A DNA stretch of 63,570 bases, counting the filler, from Globobulimina sp. (Eukaryota), in NCBI GenBank assembly GCA_003354225.1. It is 33 parts of 33 records of this genome, joined end to end, with 100 filler letters (N's around TTAATTAATTAA, not from the genome) between each part and the next. Parts side by side here need not be neighbours in the genome. Positions count along the whole stretch, not along the records: positions 59,815 to 61,642 come from PIVH01011468.1; positions 61,743 to 63,570 come from PIVH01011469.1; 31 more parts are not named here. One strand, given 5' to 3'. The notes beneath the pieces were generated by a model that was not told the DNA's origin, made no database searches, and was given only the letters and a program-made list of their open reading frames with translations. Each line of letters starts with the position of its first letter. Within the stretch, counting starts at the first letter, position 1. This document shows positions 60,333-63,570 of this stretch, in pieces. A program made the position numbers and the translations under genes.

Positions 60333-61642
60333 ATGGCAGACAATAAATCCAATGATCCACAATCTAATCCACCACCACATTTACAACCACAACCACCAAT
60401 CCATAGACAAATGTACCATCCACATCCATATCCGCATACCCAGCCGCATCCACCATTAGGTATACCCCCTGGGTTTATACCGCACCAACCACCCATCCAC
60501 AATAACACAGTCCGACCACCAGCACCACCACAACCGCCCCAACAAACCATTCCATTCCATCCCAATGAATTACCACCAGCAGAACGCAAAAAATATTTTG
60601 ATGAAAAAGCTCGGAGATGGCAAAAATTGAACACAAAACGCTACAAAACCAAAAGTAAACGGTACAACGGCGCAGTAGAATTCGTGAAAGCGCCCATGCC
60701 CCGGGAACATGTCAGGAAAATCATCAAAGACCACGGTGATATGAGTAACCGCAAATTTCGTCACGATAAACGCGTCTATTTAGGCGCATTGAAGTATGTA
60801 CCCCACGCAGTGTTTAAATTATTAGAAAACATGCCCATGCCTTGGGAACAGATACGTGATATCAATGTCCTATATCATGTGACCGGCGCCATCACTTTTT
60901 GCAACGAGATCCCTTTTGTCATCGAACCTGTGTACATTGCTCAATGGAGTACTATGTGGATCACACAACGCAGAGAAAAACGCGATCGCCGACATTTTAA
61001 ACGAATGCGTTTCCCTCCATTTGACGATGAAGAACCACCGTTAGATTATGGTGAAAATATCTTAGACGTGGAACCAATGGATGCCATTGCTATGGAATTG
61101 GACGAAGACGAAGATAGCGCTGTCATTGAATGGTTTTATGACCATAAACCGTTACAATATAATTACAAATTTATCAATGGCCCCTCGTACAAGAAATGGA
61201 GATTAAATTTGGATATAATGTCGACATTATATCGTTTATCGAGTAGTTTGCTGTCCGATATCCCCGATCGAAATTACTTTTATTTATTCAATTTGAAATC
61301 TTTTTTCACCGCAAAAGCACTCAATATGGCCATTCCCGGCGGCCCCAAATTTGAGCCCTTATTTCGTGACATCGAGGATGACGATGAAGATTGGAACGAA
61401 TTTAATGACATTCATAAGATCATTGTCCGACATCGCATCCGCACCGAATATAAAATTGCCTTTCCATACTTATACAATGATCGACCACGAAAAGTGTTTG
61501 TCAGTCCCTATCATTTTACCCCTTCTATGTATATTCGCGCACAAGATCCGGATTTACCTGCTTTTTATTTTGACCCTGTCATCAATCCCATCTCCAGCTA
61601 TAAACACAATCGATCCATATCCAATAGTATTCATAGCGGAGC
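60333..61642 (+). CDS. PRP8: Pre-mRNA splicing factor 8, N-terminal part
   Basis: [84 protein letters not shown]. Pro/His-rich N-terminal extension. Confidence 0.99.
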
Positions 61643-61742
61643 NNNNNNNNNNNNNNNNNNNNNNNNNNNNNNNNNNNNNNNNNNNNTTAATTAATTAANN
61701 NNNNNNNNNNNNNNNNNNNNNNNNNNNNNNNNNNNNNNNNNN

Positions 61743-61966
61743 AATATCAAATCTTTTACTTCTTGTTTACGTGTTTCTATATACCCGGAAATAATCGCGG
61801 CAGCCAATATATCAACATTTTGATCAGTTGCTTCTAAATGCATATTGGTATTCGCCACGGCCACATTGCCATTGGTCTCGCTCATTTGGATTTGTTCAGT
61901 TAGTGATTTATAAGACTCTTCGATCGGATGTTCTTTTTCTTCTGGATTTGAATCGCAACAACCCAT
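61743..61966 (-). CDS. Putative N-acylated protein N-terminus, 3' partial
   Basis: MGCCDSNPEEK start, open to the contig edge. Confidence 0.5.
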
Positions 61967-62350
61967 TATGCTAAACCACTGTATGGAATATGTCTTACAC
62001 TTAAAAAACACTGTAGCAAAAAAAAACACTTAAAAAACACTGTTCCATTTTAACTGAGCACTAGAGAGCCAGCGCTTGATATATTTATCGTTTACACCAA
62101 TAATTGCATTATGTAGGTATATTCATTGAGAAAACATTTAATTAAGGTAATTTTACCCAAAAAAACGCAGTAAAAGTGGAATTACTCCACTCCTTTTGAC
62201 CCGTTTACCCCACTTAGTGGAGTAAAATAGGAACAAAAAACACTTTTACCCCACTTTTATGTAATAGAAATACAAGAAAAACAAACAAAAAAACATAAAA
62301 CCTTATAAACAACAAAAGAAAATGTAACAATTCATGGGAAAATAAAAAAA

Positions 62351-62414
62351 TGTGATTATTGGGATTTGAACCCAAATCCTATTTACTATGATGCTCTCAA
62401 TGAGCTATAATCAC
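62351..62414 (-). ncRNA. tRNA-like structure with a collapsed anticodon arm (pseudo-tRNA or tRNA mimic)
   Basis: Minus strand reads GTGATTA TA GCTC ATTGA GAGC A TCATAGTAAATAGGAT TTGGG TTCAAAT CCCAA TAATCAC A. Perfect 7-bp acceptor, 4-bp D stem and 5-bp T stem with TTCAAAT loop. Followed immediately by a T7 run. Confidence 0.65.
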
Positions 62415-62422
62415 AATAAATT

Positions 62423-62720
62423 CTATTCAATCGATGGGGCGACTCCGTCGCCACCATCGATACCAAATATATGACGCGACTCCGTCGCCGCGCCATAGAT
62501 ACCATAATAAATGAAGCGACTCCGTCGCCACCATCGATACCAAATATATGACGCGACTCCGTCGCCGAGCCATAAATACCAAATAAATGATGCGACTTCG
62601 TCGCCGAGCCATAGATACCAATAAATGATGCGACTCCGTCGCCGAGCCATAGATACCATAATAAATTCTATCCATAGATGAGGCGACTCCGTCGCCGCCA
62701 TATACCATAATAAATTCCTA
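62423..62720. repeat. Tandem array of 7 units with a palindromic GCGAC-TCC-GTCGC core
   Basis: Cores start at 62439, 62476, 62516, 62553, 62592, 62630 and 62683 (periods 37, 40, 37, 39, 38, 53). Linkers are related to one another. Confidence 0.95.
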
Positions 62721-63570
62721 ATAAACTGTTCGCTTCGCTCACCCATATAAAACGAAACGAACCCATAATATCCATATTATCCATAGATAAATAACTCGCG
62801 ACAAAGCATCCATTGTTTTTGATGTTTGTCGAAAAAACTGCTTTGGACTTTAAGTTACCGTCATCATCGTTTCGTCTCTCGTTAGTATTTTAATGTTATA
62901 TTATGGATGTATTGCATTCAGGGATCTATATTATCTGTTTTGTTTTGTTTTGTGTTTTGTTATATTTTATGTCCCATGATACAAATCAATATCTATGAAA
63001 TTATAAATATGTCATGATCATATTTATAATTTCAAAAATATCACGGGAATATTATTTTTTATTATCATGCTCCGATGGATTCACTGTAGGGTCTTTTTTT
63101 GGGAAAAATATTGTATCCATATTCAGTTGGTATCTTGACTGTGTAACGTGTTTCCAAAAACAAAGTTTTTCACGTCTCGGGGCGCCAAGGGCGCGCCCCC
63201 TTGACGCACAGTTGTGAAGTTTTGGAAATGTTCGGAACTTCAAATTTATCGAGATGTCGTACGACAGATCTCATACCAACGCCATAAACCGGTCTCCCTA
63301 TCACTTTGAACTTATTCTAATGGTTTTCGCGAGATTTGTCAACAATGAAGCATCGAAATCAAACAGGTATACAATGCTCGAATTAAAAACAGATACAATA
63401 ATTAAATATTAATAAAAACGTAAATAGCAGTATTAGTTGGTAATGGTTATAAACATAGAGGGGTTTGTGGATTATTTTGTGGGCCATTGGAAATATTATA
63501 GACATGAAATAATTATGTATATTGGTGTAATAATGGCATTATGTAAATGCCATAATTTGTGGTTTGGATG

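Noticed and set aside
1832-61742. Regularly spaced TTAATTAATTAA motif as a biological repeat, and gene clusters spanning it
   Set aside because: It is an assembly linker flanked by Ns. Neighbouring contigs are unrelated, so no cross-contig system (for example YR plus RT) can be inferred.
62351-62414. Functional tRNA-Tyr(GTA)
   Set aside because: GTA is present but cannot sit in a 7-nt loop on a 5-bp stem, the variable loop is missing and the D-loop lacks GG.
62423-62720. True CRISPR array
   Set aside because: The constant core is only 14 nt, the linkers are homologous to each other and two are identical, no cas genes are present, and the context is eukaryotic.
62423-62746. Minus-strand ORFs of 107 and 93 aa
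   Set aside because: They are translations of the tandem repeat in two frames with no sign of coding function.
1-63570. Alternative genetic code (ciliate-type stop reassignment)
   Set aside because: Conserved genes such as PRP8, EMG1, CSN3 and NRAMP read through without internal TAA/TAG/TGA once introns are removed.

Overview
This window is not one genomic locus. It is 33 unrelated contigs of 1831 to 1828 bp, sorted by decreasing length and joined by an artificial 100-nt linker (N44-TTAATTAATTAA-N44), so adjacency across linkers means nothing. The DNA is AT-rich eukaryotic nuclear sequence in the standard genetic code, with short 55-90 nt GT-AG introns and compact intergenic regions. The protein style suggests a foraminiferan or other rhizarian protist, but this is inference only. 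Recognisable genes, most truncated by contig ends: PRP8, histone H3 with a 3' stem-loop, EMG1/NEP1, CSN3, a SIRT6/7-type sirtuin, NRAMP, OSCA/TMEM63, a CNBD K+ channel, a formin, a Cid1/GLD-2-type nucleotidyltransferase, a sulfotransferase, pectin acetylesterase, PLC-X, MFSD1, and C2H2, PH, CAP-Gly, TLDc, C-type lectin and PT-repeat proteins. Mobile elements are a DIRS/Ngaro-type tyrosine recombinase and a CRE-like RLE non-LTR retrotransposon. The most unusual observations: (1) an array of GC hairpins directly upstream of a 64-nt tRNA-like structure with a collapsed anticodon arm and a T-run, 62344-62720; (2) an HDAC6-type ZnF-UBP fused to a class IV sirtuin; (3) an NRAMP lacking its proton-coupling His and Glu and with DPGN changed to DSGN; (4) a formin with a natural Ile-to-Ala change at the actin-nucleation residue; (5) a zinc-finger contig bounded by perfect 119-bp inverted repeats; (6) frequent GTT splice donors. 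No database searches were run; all family calls come from motif recognition.
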